In this document: piece after piece, positions 50,365 through 63,700 of the stretch | How the letters are laid out: the number at the start of each line of letters is the position of its first letter | Position numbering within the stretch: position 1 is the first letter of the stretch | Assembly (NCBI RefSeq): GCF_048593235.1 | Contig: NC_133623.1 | Span: forward strand, 43,144,211-43,208,210 | Direction: 5' to 3' | Origin: Sminthopsis crassicaudata | Taxonomy: Eukaryota | DNA: 64,000 nt | Notes under the pieces: model-generated | Told to the model about the DNA's origin: nothing | Databases searched by the model: none | What the model saw: only the letters and a program-made list of their open reading frames with translations | Translations under genes and position numbers: made by a program

Positions 50365-51335
50365 GCAGTCACTAAACAGTTATTAAGCAACTATTGTGTG
50401 CCAGGCACTGTGCTAAGGGCTGGGACAAGAGAAAGCCCATATTCTCGAGGGGCTGACAGTCCAGTGGGGCAGACAACATGAAACAACTTTGTACAAACAG
50501 GCTGTAGACAGGATTGATCAGGAATAAGCCAGAGGGATTGGGAGAGGCTTCTAGTAGGAGGTGACATTTTAGCCAGGAAGTGAAGGAAGTCAGAGAAGGC
50601 ATGAGACAGCAGTGGAGGAAGAGCACATATCAGACAGGGAGCACAGCCAGGGAAAAGGCCTGGAATCTGGAAACAATGTTTTATGTGAGGAATTGCAAGG
50701 AGGTCATTATTACTGGATTTCAGGGTACATTGTAAAGTGGGAAATGGGTGGCAGATTGTGAAGGGCTTTAAACATCAAACAGAGGAGTTTATATATGATC
50801 CTGAAGGTGATAGGGAGCCACTGGAGTTTATTGGATAGGGTGGGGATGACATGACTTTTAGGAACATGTTTAGGAACACCATTGACCACTGAGTGGAGGA
50901 TGGACTAGAGTGGGGAGAAGACTTGAGGCAGGGAGACCAACTAGGAGGTTCTTGTAATAGACTAAGACTGAGGTGATGAAGTCCCACATAGTGGTGGTAC
51001 AACATCGAATAAGAGAAGAAAACATAGGATTTGGCACCCGATAGGATATAGGAGCTGAGAGAGAGCAGGGAGTCTAGGGTTATACCTTAGCTGTGAGTTT
51101 GGATGACTGGGAAGCTGGTAATATGCTCAATAGCAACAGAAAAGTTTGGAAGGGGAAAGAGTCTGGGCAGAGAGGGATGATGAGTGCACTTGAACATATT
51201 TTTTGTTTAGGAGATATTTGGTTTGAGATATCTAATAGGTTCATTGGACCCACAATAGGTACATTGGGAGGTGCGAGACTGGAGACCAGCAGAGAGGATA
51301 GGGCCCGATAGGTAGATTTAAGAATCATCAACTTT
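50365..51335 (-). mobile_element. L2 LINE fragment (antisense)
   Basis: cagtcactaaacagttattaagcaactattgtgtgccaggcac...atgatcctgaaggtgatagggagccactggagtttattg...gagatatctaataggt. Confidence 0.85.
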
Positions 51336-51339
51336 AACA

Positions 51340-52070
51340 CATTGAATAACTGGAGAAATGTTAATTGTTCATGGGTAGGCTGAGCCAATATAATGAAAAT
51401 GACAATATTACTTTATTTTACTTATTTGATTCCTTACCTACCAAACCACTGATAAATTACTTTCTGGAGCTAGAAAACAACAATCATAAAATTCATCTGA
51501 AGGAACCAAATAGCAAGAAGATCAAAGGAATCAATGAAAAAAAAAAAAGGAAGGAGGCTGAGCAGCACCAGATCTTACACTATGCTACAAAGCTTTAATC
51601 AGCAAAACAAGTTGTGATGTATGAATGTATGGGATACTACTGTGCTGTAAGAAATGAAGAAGATGGTTGTAGAAAAACCTGGGAACACACGTATGAACTT
51701 GTGTCAAGTGAAGTGAGCAGAACTGGGAGGCTAATGTATACAGTAATCACAACACTGGGACGATAATCACCTTTGAAAGACTTACTATCTCTGATTGACA
51801 TCAAGACCTGCTATAGTTCCAAAGGACTAATGCTGAAACAGACTGAGAAGTAATGACCTCAGAGTGAACCGAAGCCTATTTTTTTTTTCCTTCCTATCTT
51901 TCTTTTTTTTGGCACACAGCTAGTGCAGGAATTTTTGTTATACGACTTATGCATATTTGTAATAGCTTTTGTTTGCCTGCTCACTGAGTGGGGGAAAGGG
52001 GGGAGAGTTTGGAGGTGAAAAAATGAATAAAAACAAACCCTATTATAAATACGTATAAGGCTTGTAAAAC
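51340..52070 (+). mobile_element. Old L1 ORF2/3'UTR fragments
   Basis: ataactggagaaatgttaattgttcatgggtaggc...aattcatctgaaggaacc...tactgtgctgtaagaaatgaag. Confidence 0.65.
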
Positions 52071-53159
52071 CTCTGTTATTTAGAAAAAAAGGAAGAGGAA
52101 AAAAGAAAGAACAACTTATCAGCCTGCTGCTAGGAAAAGATTAAGGCAGAAGGGCGAGCCAGCAATCGTGCAGGGCCCCAGAAAGACTTAACAGATTTTG
52201 CTCCCACGAGGTGTCCAAAAGAAAGCTTGTCTCAGCTCCTGTTAACTTCCCAGTTCCACAGTTGGGTTAGCAGCACAGAGAGGACCAGAGAACCTGGCTT
52301 TGGATTCTATTATGAAGCATATGATCTATGGGAATGTCTTTCCCATCCCTGGGCCTCAGTTTCCTCCTCTAGAAGATAAAGAGTTTGATGACCTTTTGGC
52401 TCTCAAACCTAGAATCCCGTGAGTTCCTGTCTCAGAAGCTTTGTATCCCCAACGCCCAAGACAATGACTTAGTGTTGTTCAGTCATTTCAGTTATATCTG
52501 ACTCTCTGGACCCCCCTTTTGAGGTTTTCTTGGCAAAGATAGTGGATTGGTTTTTGCCATTTCCTTCTCTGGCTCATTTTTACAGTTGAGGAAATTGAGA
52601 GAAACAGGGTTAAATGAAGCCCAAAGTCAGCTAGTAAGTGTGTTTGAGGTCAAATTTGAACTCCGGGCTTCTTGACTCCTGGCCCAGAGCTCTATCTACC
52701 ACACGACCTAGGACATAATTAGTGTTTACTGCTGGATTATTAATTGCTCTCAATCCTAAATCTTGTTTCTGATACCCTCAATTGTCTACAAAGCAGTTCC
52801 CCTCCCCTGCCCCACTTCCTGATCCTCATGTTAATTCTCACCCACAGTCTTGGGGAGTCAAGCAGCGCCAACAGCTCTGTATAAACAGAGGAAGAAGTTT
52901 GCTCAGGGTGGCATAGCTAGAAAGTGGCAGCCATGGAGAGCCAGATTGGGACTCAGATCACCTGAGTAGAAGACTAGTATCTTAGGGCTAGAAGAGACTG
53001 GAGAAGTCCTCTAGTCTTCATTTTACAGAGAGGGAAACTGAGGCCCAGAAAGAGGGACAGATTTGTCCAAGAGACCCCAGGATTCGACTACAAGTCCTCT
53101 GATTCCCATCTAGCAGCACTTTTTCTGCCATCTCAACGTACCTCATAGTCTTTTTGTTC

Positions 53160-53172
<13 letters not shown>

Positions 53173-53220
<48 letters not shown>
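53173..53220. repeat. (AT)n(AC)n microsatellite
   Basis: Long ta run followed by a ca run. Confidence 0.95.
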
Positions 53221-53559
53221 ATATTTTATATATTTCAGTGCATAAATCTCCCCCCAGTTACTGTTTCTCTCCCCCTCTCTCTTTCTCTCTCTGTCTCCGT
53301 CTCTCTCTCCTCCCTCCTTTGCAACAATTATAATCAAGGAAAATTAATCAAGTCAGTTGGTGTCACTGAAAATGTATGCCTGACATTACACCTTAATTCC
53401 ATCCCCACAGAACACAAATTTCATCATGGGTCCTCTGAAGTCATGACTAGTAAGAACATTGATTAGCTGTTCGCCGGCCTTTACATTTTTGGATGCTATC
53501 ATGTAAATCGGTTCCTGGTTCTATTGATTTCACTCTATCAGTTTATCAGAGGCTTCTCA

Positions 53560-54180
53560 AGTTCCTCAGAACCCTTTATCCTTACTTAGGGTACAATAAT
53601 ACACCACCGCATTCGTATACTATGATTTGGTCAGCCACCCTCGATAGATGGACATGGCTTTGTTTCTAGTTCTTTGCCACTACCAAAAGAGCTGCTACAG
53701 AGAGTTCTGTGGCAGTCTTTTCCCTCTGCCTCGACAGTCTCTTTGGAGTCTATATACCTAGTAACAATATTGACAGCATCAAAGGGGAGGCACAGTTTAG
53801 TGACTTTGGGATATGGTTCCAAATTGCACTATAGAATAGTGGGGTCGACTTACAGTCTGCCCCTGGTGTGTCTGCCCCCTCACAACCACCGCTCCAACAC
53901 CATCATTTTCATCTCTTGCTATCTTGGTCAATTTGCCGATGTGAGATGGTATCTCAGAGCTGTTCGGATTTGCATTTTTCTTATTATTAGTGGATGGGAG
54001 CGATCTTTCAAATAGTCACTGATAGCTTCTGTTTCTTTATTTGACAACTGGCTATTCATATCCTTCAACTACTAATCTATATCAGGAAATGACTCTTGGT
54101 TTTATATATTTGTATGCATTCTCTATATATCTTGCCAATTTGGTCTTTTTCAGAGATATTCTCAACAAAGATTTTTTTCA
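53560..54180 (-). mobile_element. Old antisense L1 ORF2 3' fragment
   Basis: ttctagttctttgccactaccaaaagagctgctac...gtgagatggtatctcagagctgttcggatttgcatttttc. Confidence 0.7.
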
Positions 54181-56179
54181 TTGATTTTTCAAGGCGACTC
54201 TGCTTTAGAGAATGTTTCCAAAGCCCTCCGATATTTTCTCATTTCCTGAAATGACCACTGTGTGGTAGATAATGTTAGCTATAATAGATGATGAGTTCAG
54301 AGAGCCCAGTCTCTTGGTCAGAGACCTGCTCTGTACTATCTAATGGAGGAGCAGAGGAGCACTAGGAACATGGCAGCTTTCACAAACTAACACATGATTA
54401 TAGTAATTGACATTTCTATAACTTCAATTTTTCAAAGCACTTTCTGAGCAGGCTCTCCTTTAGTTGTCCTAACAGCTGTGTGACATGTCATTTAGGCTTC
54501 TCTTTCTAGTTTACAAATGGAGAAACTGAGGCTCAGTGAGGGGGGATACTCACCTAAGGCCACACATCTAAGATGCGAAGGAAGTAGGGTTCAAGGCAGA
54601 CTTTAGATGCCCAGCCTAGCACCTTTTGGAATGATACTACACTGTTTTGGCTGTCCCCGATGTTCGTGACCCAGTGCGGGAACAAGAGCAGAATGGAACC
54701 TGAAAGAAGAAGAGTGGAGTATTAGATTTTGAGTCCAGAAAGCCTGAATTCAAATCCCACTTGGATCACTTACTGGCTATAGTAGATTGCCTTTTGTTTT
54801 CTCTTACAAGGTTCCTCCACTTAATTCAAGATGGAGTTGAGATTAGAATCAAATTCTGGCTGGCTTTCCTGTCACCTGTGATTCTCTGGACAAATCCCTT
54901 CCCTCTCTGAACCTCCTCTGGAAAATAAGGTGCTTGTATAAGATCACACAAAGGAGCTAAGTTCTACAGCTGGAAGGGACTTCAGATGCCATCTAGTCCA
55001 AGCATCTTAGAAGAAGGGACTGAACTAGATGACCTCTGAGGTCTCTTCTAATATTAGTTCTATTATCTTACATTTGACTTTGGTCAAATCACTTCACCCC
55101 TGTGGGTCTCAGTTTCCTCATGTGTAAATTGATGCTTTTTAAAAACTGAATTGCCTTTAATCGATGAAAAATCTATAATTTAATCTACAATTCTGTGAAT
55201 CTTGCTTAGTCTATTTCTTCATCTGTCCCACAGGGGTAAAAATGCCTGTATTAAACCCTTCCCATCGCCAGGGTTGTTGGGAAGCTCAAGGAGCAGACTT
55301 GGGAAAAGCACTTTGCAAACTTAAAGCAGTTATGTAAATAGCAGCTGTTGCTATTGACTTCCAGCCTCCCAACTAAGCATGCCCTTCTGGTTTTCCTCCA
55401 TTTCCTTAGAGCCTTTTAAAATCTGTCAAACTTTAGACACAAGGCAGCCGAGGAAAAGAACTGAGGTTTCTAGACACCTGATAGGGGTGCCACAAGAAGG
55501 ACGGGCTCCAGGTAGGCTGCCTTTCTCTAAGCAGGTTAGTTCAGTCCTGGTGGCAGCAAAACCCTGTCATATATCCCCAGAAGGACATATGAATCAGAGT
55601 TCTAGTTACTCACTATGGGTGGTCACTGAAGTGGGCAGCACCCCTTTTCCCCTCACCTCTGCCCATTTGATTCTGTTATTTCCCTTTGATGGTTACTCAA
55701 AAGTATGGCCAAGTTGCTGTTTGGCTTGGGGGAATAGCGCTCCAAGCCAGAAACATTTGAGACAGTAGAGCTCATAGATTCAGAGTCGCACAGACCCCAA
55801 GGATCCTCATTTTACAGAGGAGGAAACTGAGGTTCAGCTATTTGCCCAGAGTCACACAAGTAAATAGTGAAACCAGGTCTCAAAGTTGAATTTGTCATTC
55901 ATTTGAGGTAGGTATGCAAAGTGAAATCTTCATTTTGGAAACAGTGGCTGGATAAACTGGGGAGACATCCCCAATGAAAAGATAGATGCTTAAAATATGC
56001 CTCCTCTTACCTCTCTTGGCACATGGGGCCAATGGATGCAGGATACAGCACATATGGTCCCATACGGTATCTGTGGGAGATGGTTTTGCCAGACTGGGAG
56101 TTTTTCTTCTTGTTCATTTATTTTTAACTTTTTTTCTTCTTTCTTTTTTTAATGCTTTGTTACAAATCATGGTTTGCTG

Positions 56180-56570
56180 GTTGGTTCTGCAAATGAAGGC
56201 GATATGAAAACAAAGGCTACTCATTTGCATTCAGAGAGAAGACTGTGGGGACTGAGTGTTGATTACAAACTAGCATTTTCACTTTTTTGTTGTTGTTTGC
56301 ATTTTGTTTTCTTTCTCATTTTTTTTCTTTTTGATCTGATTTTTCTTATGCAGCATGATAATTGTGGAAATATGCATAGAATAGCTTGGGTTTAATATAT
56401 ATTGAATTACTTGCCATCTAGAGGAAGGGGGGTAGAAGGAAGGGAGGAAGAAAAAAATTTGGAATACAAGGTTTTACAAGGGTGAATGCTATGTATAAGT
56501 TCTGAAAATAAAAAATAAAAAAAAAAATTCTACCAAGAAATACATTTTTTTGAAAAAAGAAAAGACTTCC
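56180..56570 (+). mobile_element. L1 3'UTR fragment
   Basis: cattcagagagaagactgtggggactgagtg...cttgccatctagaggaaggg...aaaataaaaataaaa. Confidence 0.75.
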
Positions 56571-58789
56571 AAAAAACAAAACTTTAGGCAGGCCCTGAAC
56601 TCAGCCCCTGACTCAAGTCAAAGTGTCTTTTGACTAGTGGAGAGAGTAGATGTAATATGGAGGCCGGAAGGCCTGTGAAGAAATCCCACTTACTTAGTTG
56701 TGTTATCCTGGACAAGGCTCTTCCCCTTCCCATTGTCCATTTTTGTATCTGTAAAATGGAAAAGATGGTAATGAGAGAGCTGGAAGACTACACACTTACA
56801 ATCTTTCCACAAGGAAGAAGCAGCAGCAGAGCTTACCATCTAGTTCAGCAACATGAATTAGTTAAAATGAGAAGCTACCAGTTGGGGGTGGGTTGGGGTG
56901 GCTCCTTGATCTTTCTCCTTCCCCCCAGCAGACAGATGCTTTCTATCACTTGTTCGCAGCAGGGTCTGTAATCCTTACCTCAGGTCCCCAAATCCTGAAA
57001 TAATTTATGACTTTGGGGGTAGGCCCCAAATGACGCATGTACAGAGAATGTTTTGCCAATGTAAGGCACTTGATAAATACCAGTTGTGATTCTGATGTGG
57101 CCAAAGAAGTTCCCTCCCCCATAGCCCCTGGAACTCCCCCTCACTGCCCACAGCCCCCACTCTTTGCCCTGGGATCTCTCCTTCCCCAAAGCCCAATAGT
57201 CTTTGCTTCCTACTTTGTCCCAGCATTAGTCCAAGGCAAAGTCTTATGGTTAAAAGCCAGAAGCATTTTCTAACTTCTCATGTCCCCAAACTCAGGGTCT
57301 GTCTTTGGAGTCTTCATCCTGTCCCTTTGTTCTGGGCCTAGCTCATCTCTGGGTGATGGTGACCCAAAAGCAACACGAGATTTACATTTCTATCACAGCC
57401 TCTTCTAAGCCATAGGACTCCAGCAGAGATTTTCCAAATGTCATATATAAACCCATGCTAATATAACTCAGTGCAGTGGAATTTATTTTTTTTAATTAGT
57501 ACACTCCAACATGACAGATAAGTGAGCTTTTATTGCAGATGGGATTATTACCTGGGAAATGTTTACAGGGTAAATTTCACGCCAGAACACTGGGGTACAG
57601 ACAGTCCCCGACCTTCCTCTGTTACAGCATCGACATGACTCCAAAAAATGAGCTGTTTCTCTTATTTAGACAGGGATCTTCTGGCCTTTGAAGACAAAAG
57701 TAGTCAGAATGTTCTGCCCAAATTGCATAAAATCACAGCTGTAAGGAAGTGTCAAATTAAGAAAGTACATGGGGTATATCACAGAAATGAAAGTAGAAGG
57801 AAAAATTAAATTTGGAGATTTTTTAAAATTAGGTAGCAGTAGAAAATGAAGCCCCACAGGGATTTGAATCCTGGATCATCCTGTTTTCTAGGCAGCTGCT
57901 TCATAGCACTAAATCAGGAGGCCCCCATTAAAAAAATAAGTCAGACTACTGATTTGTACACCCTTCAGAGCCTTGCTTAGAGCCAAGATTATTGCAAGTC
58001 CTTTTTTGGGACTATGTATTAACCACATCATCTTGGGCAAGTCATTTAATCTCTGTCTCCAAGATGGAGAGCAAGTACATTGGTAGAGGGAGTTTTCTCA
58101 TTCCTCAATTCTCTAAATCAATGAAATCCCAAGTCCAGGCCCCATCCCCTTATCTCTTTAGGATTAAACAAACAGGGAGTAACCTATCTTTCTTCAAATA
58201 CATGTGAAGATATTCCCCCTTTTCAAAGGCTCTCAGAGGTCTGGGCAAAATTCCCATCAGCTGCATAAGACTCCTCCAATAACTTGTCATGATGCAGAGG
58301 TGACCCAGGATTTCCTGATGGCTGGGCAGGTAAACCCAAGAATACGGTATGGTAGAAAGAGCACAGGCTCTGACACTATGTGGCTTTGGCCAAATCATTT
58401 CCTTCTCTGGGCCTCAGTTTCTATGAAAATGGGGACAATGCTTGTGCCTGAGAAACATGGACCTGTCTGGCCTGTGGTAGAATCAAGAGAACAAAGTACA
58501 TGAGGCCTTGAATGAAAAGCACAAGAAAATAAAGTTAGATGTGTTGAAATCTTGATGGCCTATATTGGTCCTCTCAAAGGGATAGAGAAACACTCCTTTC
58601 TGCTGTGTTAGAAAACATGGGGCACTATGGGTATGAAATGTTTCCAAGGCTGCCAGATGTGGTCAGAGCTGAATTGTTGCTTTTCTTTATTGGGAGGGGA
58701 GAATGTGAAGAAGGGAAGGTATGTCTGGAAATGCTTGGGGTCAAAACAAAAGGGGCTCTTTGAATTGACCAATCTAATGGCCCCCTTTT

Positions 58790-59245
58790 CCCATGGTGCT
58801 CACCTTGTCTTCTGGACTCTTCCCTCCTCTCCAGGTCGTTGTGACATGGCTCCCTTCCATCTCTCCTTCGACCTTTCTGACTGTTCCTTCTTAGTCTGTC
58901 TCCTTGGCTGGATCTTCATTCGAGTCTTGTCCATGGCTGTCCCCCAACACCTTCTTTTCTTCTCCCTTTATAATCCATATGACATTGAATTATATGATTT
59001 GACTCCCAGATCCCTACTCTCTCTCCCATACTTGTCCTGCATCAGCAATTACATCTTGGCTATTGCAAACTGGATGGCACACTGGCATCTCCATAAGTCC
59101 AAAAGAGAATTCAGCATTTTCCCCTGAAAATCCTCCCCTCTTCCCACAGTCTTCCCAGTTTCCCAGGTACATGAATTTTTTTTTGGGGGGTGGGGAGGTT
59201 ATCTTCACTAACCTCACATATATAATCTATTGTCATATCTGGCCA
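58790..59245 (+). mobile_element. L2 fragment, left half (continues at 63101)
   Basis: cttgtcttctggactcttccctcctctcc...ggctattgcaaactggatggcac...; joins 63101-63700 across the TSD catatctggcca. Confidence 0.75.
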
Positions 59246-60189
59246 ATTTTTTCCCAACATATTTGAATTGTTTTTTCTTGTTTCTTGCAAAATTTTTTCT
59301 TTGACCTGGGGATTTTGAAATCAGATAAAAATATTCCTCTGTGTTTCCCACAAAAAAATCTCTTTGAGGTGGTGATTGGTGCATTTTTTTCTATTTCTAT
59401 TTTTTACTTTTCTATTTTTCTATTTCTTCTCCCCCCTCATATTCTTGGATCATTTCTTGTATTTTTGTGTAAAGGTTGTTTTTTTTTGGTCAGAGCTTTC
59501 AGGTAGTTGAATTATTATTATATTTTCTCTTCTTGATCTGTTCTCTAAATCTGTTGTTTCTTTTTTTATAAGATGTTTCACATTCTATTTTATTTTTTAA
59601 TTTTTATATTAAAACTGTTTCATTATTTCTCAATCTCTTATAGCTTCACTGGCTTTTTCTTGCCCAATTTTAATTTTCAAAGAACTATTTTTATCTTTAA
59701 GACTCTATCTCCTATGGGGATTGAATTTTGGATCACAACATAGTATTTTCACCCTTTTGTTTTTGTTTGCTTGCTTTTTTTCTTTCTCATTTTTTTGATC
59801 TGATTTTTCTTGTGCAGCATGATAAATGTGGAAATGTTTAAAAGAATTGCACGTGTTTAACCTATATTGGATTACTTGCTGTGTAGGGGAGGTGAGTGGG
59901 AGGTAGGGAGTGAGAGAGAAAATCTGGAACACAAGGTTTTGCAAAAGTAAATGTTGAAAATTATCTTTGTATGTATTTCGAAAATAAAAAGTTATTATTT
60001 TTAAAAAGACTATCAACTTTTCTAGTAGGTTAATTATTTTTTCATAATATTGTTTTTCTTGCATGGTTTTTGTTTTTCTTTTGGTTTTTCCTCAATATCT
60101 CTCATTTGATTTTTAAATTCGTTTTTGAGTTGTATAAATTCTCTCTGAACAGAGAGCCATTTTACATTACTCTTTGGGGTAGAAACAAC

Positions 60190-62430
60190 TTTAAAAAAAT
60201 AATAAGCTTTTTATTTTCAAAATACATGCAGAGATAGTTTTCAACATTCACCCCTGCCAAACCTCTCTCCTTTCCCCTACCCCCCTCCCTAAACAGCAGG
60301 TAATCCCATATAGATTAAACATGTATAATTTTTCTAACATATTTCCATATTTATCCTGCTGCACAAGAAAAATCAAATCAAAAAAATTAGAAAGAAAAAG
60401 CAATCAAACAACAAAAAGGGTGAAAATACTCTGTTAGGATCCACACTCAGTTCCCTCAGTGCCCTCGCTGTGTGTAGATGGCTCTCTTCATCACAAGACC
60501 ATTGGAACTGGTCTGAATCATCTCACTGTTGAAAAGAATCAAGCCCATCAGAGTTGATCATCGTATAGTCTTATTGTTGCTGTGTACAAGATCTAGTTCT
60601 GCTGATCTGATGTAGCATCAGACCTCTCTGAAATCATCCTGCTGGTTGTTTCTTACAGAACAATAATATTCCATAACATTCATATACCACAATTTACCCA
60701 ACCATTCTCCAATTGATGGGCATCCACGTAGTTTCCAGTTTCTGGCCACTACAAAGAGGGCTGCCACAAACATTCTTGCACATATGAGACCCTTTCCCTT
60801 TTTTAAGATCTCTTTGGGACTTCTGGGGGCAGAGGCAAGATGGCAGAGATGACATTTGTTTCTCTCTGACCTTCTCTATTAATTAGCCAATTACCCTCAG
60901 ATTAATTAGCCAATCCAGCCTCTGAATTAGCTCTGGACTGGCAAAACCCACAAATATTGGGAATGTGACAAATTACTAGCAGAAGATAATTTTGTGACCA
61001 GCAGGATGATTTCAGAAAGGCCTGGAGAGACTGACATGAACTGATGCTGAGTGAAATGAGCAGGACCAGGAGATCATTGTATACTTCAACAATAATACTA
61101 TATGGTGATCAATTCTGCTGGACGAGGCCCTCTCCAACAATGAGAGGAACCAAATCAGTTCCAATAGAGCAGTAATGAACTGAACCGGCTCCACTCAGTG
61201 AAAGAACTCTGGAAGATGATTATGAACCACTTCATAGAATTCCCAATCCCTCTATTTCTGTCCGCCTGCATTTCTGATTTCCTTCACAGGCTAATTGTAC
61301 ACTGTTTCAAAGTCCGATTCTTTTTGTACAGCAAAACAACTGTTTGGACATGTATATATACACATATATATTATATTTAATTTATATTTTAATATATTTA
61401 ACATGTATTGGTCAACCTGTCATCTGGAGGAGGGGGGTGGGGAAGAGGGGAAAAGCTGGAATGAAAGGTTTGGAAATTGTCAATGCTGAATTACCCATGC
61501 ATATATCTGGTAAATGAAAAGCTATGATAAAAAGGATATATTTGATTTTTCAAAAAAAAAAAAAAGAAAGAAAGAAAGAAAGAAAGAAAGAAACAACCAG
61601 CAGAGAGCCTGGAGAGACTTACAGGAACTGATGCTAAGTGAAATGAGTAGAACCAGAAGATCATCATATGTGACAACAAGCAGACTATGCAATGATCAAT
61701 TCTGATGGACGTGACTCTCTTCAACAATGAGGAGATTCAGACCAGTTCCACTTGTTCAGTGATGAAGAGAGCCACGGGTACCCACAAAGAGAACCATGGA
61801 AACAGAGTATGGACCATGGCATAGCATCTCACTCTCTCTGTTGTTATTTGTTTGCATTTTATTTTCTTTCTCAGTTTTTTCTTCTCTTCCTTTTAATCTG
61901 ATTTTTCTTGTGCAAAAAGGTAACAGTATAAATATGTATACATATATTGGATTTAACATGTATTTCAAACATATTTAACATGTATGGGACTACCTGCCAT
62001 ATGGGGGAGTGAGTGAAGGGAAGAAAGGGAAAAGTTGGAACAGAAGATTTTGCAAGGGTCAATATTGAAAAATTACCCATGTATATGTTTTGTCAATAAA
62101 AAGCTTTAATTAAAAAAAAAAATCTCTTTGGGATACAGGCCCAGTAGAGAGACACTGCTGGATCAAAAAGTTTTGCGAGCCCTTTTGGGCATAGTTCCAG
62201 ATTGCTCTCCAGAATGGTTGGATCAGTTCACAACTCCACCAATAATAGTCTCCTAGTTTTCCCCACATCCCCTCCAACATTGGTCATTACCTTTTCCTGT
62301 CATAGCCAATCTGAGAAGTGTGAGGTGGTACCTCAGGGCTGCCTTAATTTGCATTTCTCTGCTCAACAGTGAGTTAGAGCATTTTTCCTATGACTAGAAA
62401 TGGCTTTAACTTCTTGTTCTGATTTAATTT
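60190..62430 (-). mobile_element. Antisense L1 3' fragment nested in the element above, itself split at 60820-62121
   Basis: Reverse 3'UTR/ORF2 end 60190-60819 resumes at 62122 (atctctttggga|tacaggcccagtag...gcatttctct). Confidence 0.8.
60820..62121 (+). mobile_element. Composite L1: 5' terminus fused to the ORF2 end/3'UTR, plus a second 3'UTR
   Basis: Starts cttctgggggcagaggcaagatggcagag; jumps at ~60995 to gaccagcaggatgatttcag; first tail 61550-61592; second 3' end 61600-62121. Perfect TSD atctctttggga (60808-60819 / 62122-62133). Confidence 0.8.
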
Positions 62431-62854
62431 CTTTATGTCAAGGTTGTCTGAAAAAGCAGCTTTTTAAATTTCAGTGGTTTTTTTTTTACTTCAGGAATGG
62501 GGAGGATGGTGCCTCTGCCATCACTTCAGCTCTCCCCTCTGACCCGGAACTCCGAACCAAAAGCTTCACCGTCCTGCCAGTGCCTTCAGTCAGCAGCGTC
62601 CCAGCCCCGCTGCCTCTGCACTTACCAGCTGTACTGCTTTCTTCCCTCCCAGGGCCGAGCTCTGGCAGCACAGTAGGCCCAGTCAGGGGAGGTTCCTTTG
62701 GTGTGCCGGGACTCATAGTCCCAACTCTTCAGCCGGTCCCGGAGGCAAAAGTTTCTGTGCTTCAGGCTGAGGCTGCAGCCCCACTAGCAGGCCCCGGCCT
62801 CCTCATTTGTTTTTTGTGTTGAGCTAACCTGGGAACATCTGGGGTCTTTTTTGC

Positions 62855-62988
62855 AGTCTTCTTGACTTGTGCCTGAAGGACCCCTGTTCTGCCTCAGTCA
62901 TCTTGGCTTGTGCCTGAAGGACCCCTGTTCTACCTCAGTCTTCTAGGGTTATGCCTGAAGGACCCCTGTTCTACCTCAGTCTTCTTGA
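62855..62988. repeat. Three tandem 41-bp repeats inside the L1 5'UTR
   Basis: gcctgaaggacccctgttct(g/a)cctcagtc starts at 62871, 62912 and 62953. Confidence 0.9.
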
Positions 62989-63100
62989 TTTTCCACTGGT
63001 CCATGATCACCCTGAGATATCATTTTTTTCTGTTCGAGGGGAAAATTTGGAGAGCTTGAAATTTACGCACCTACTCTGCCATCTTCCCAGAATCCTCCCG

Positions 63101-63700
63101 CATATCTGGCCATTTTTAACCTTCAGCATCCCTTTTATCTGTCTTCCTCTCTCTACTCACCACCACCCTCGTAGTCTTTTACCTCCTTTTACCTGGACTC
63201 TTTTGATATGCATCCTAATTGGTCTCCCTGCCTCAACTTTCTCATCCTCCTCCAAACCATCCACTCAGCAGCCAAGCAGATTTTCCTATATTACAGCTCT
63301 GACCATGTCACCCAGCACCTGGCTCCCTAAACCCAGTGGCTCCCTATTACCTCTGGGAATAATTGAAACTGTTGGGCATTGAAAGCTCTTTGCCAGGTGG
63401 CCCCTTCCTGCCTTTCTAGTCTTCCAGTACTCTGCTGTCTTCCAAGCACTCTGCAATCCAACAAGGCCCATCTGCTTGCAGTTTCTCAAATGGGATTCTT
63501 ATTTCCCCTCCTGACCCCACACCTTTGTCCTCCATGCCTGGAGTGCCTTGCTTCCCCTCAGTGTTTCCTCTTACTCCCCTCCCCTTGGCTTCCTTCAAGG
63601 AAGATGGACCTCACCTTTGGCAAGAAGCTGCTTTCTGTCTCTCCCCAGAGCTGCTAGTGCTTTCCCTTTGAGATTACTTTTCAGTTGAGGGCCATCTCAT
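63101..63700 (+). mobile_element. L2 fragment, right half
   Basis: cctggactc...ctaattggtctccctgcctcaac...cagtggctccctattacctctggga...gagctgctagtgc. Confidence 0.8.

Larger units (their letters stand above)
59246..63100 (-). mobile_element. L1 made of 5'UTR plus partial ORF1 only, with nested L1 insertions
   Basis: Minus-strand 5' terminus gggaggattctgggaagatggcagagtag at 63100; GC-rich 5'UTR ~62430-63100; ORF1-like sequence ~59250-60185 ending at ...caattcaaatatgttgggaaaaaat. TSD catatctggcca (59234-59245 / 63101-63112). Confidence 0.75.

Noticed and set aside
62400-62822. 140-aa Pro/Ser-rich ORF and local CpG richness as a gene or CpG island
   Set aside because: It is the antisense of an L1 5'UTR.
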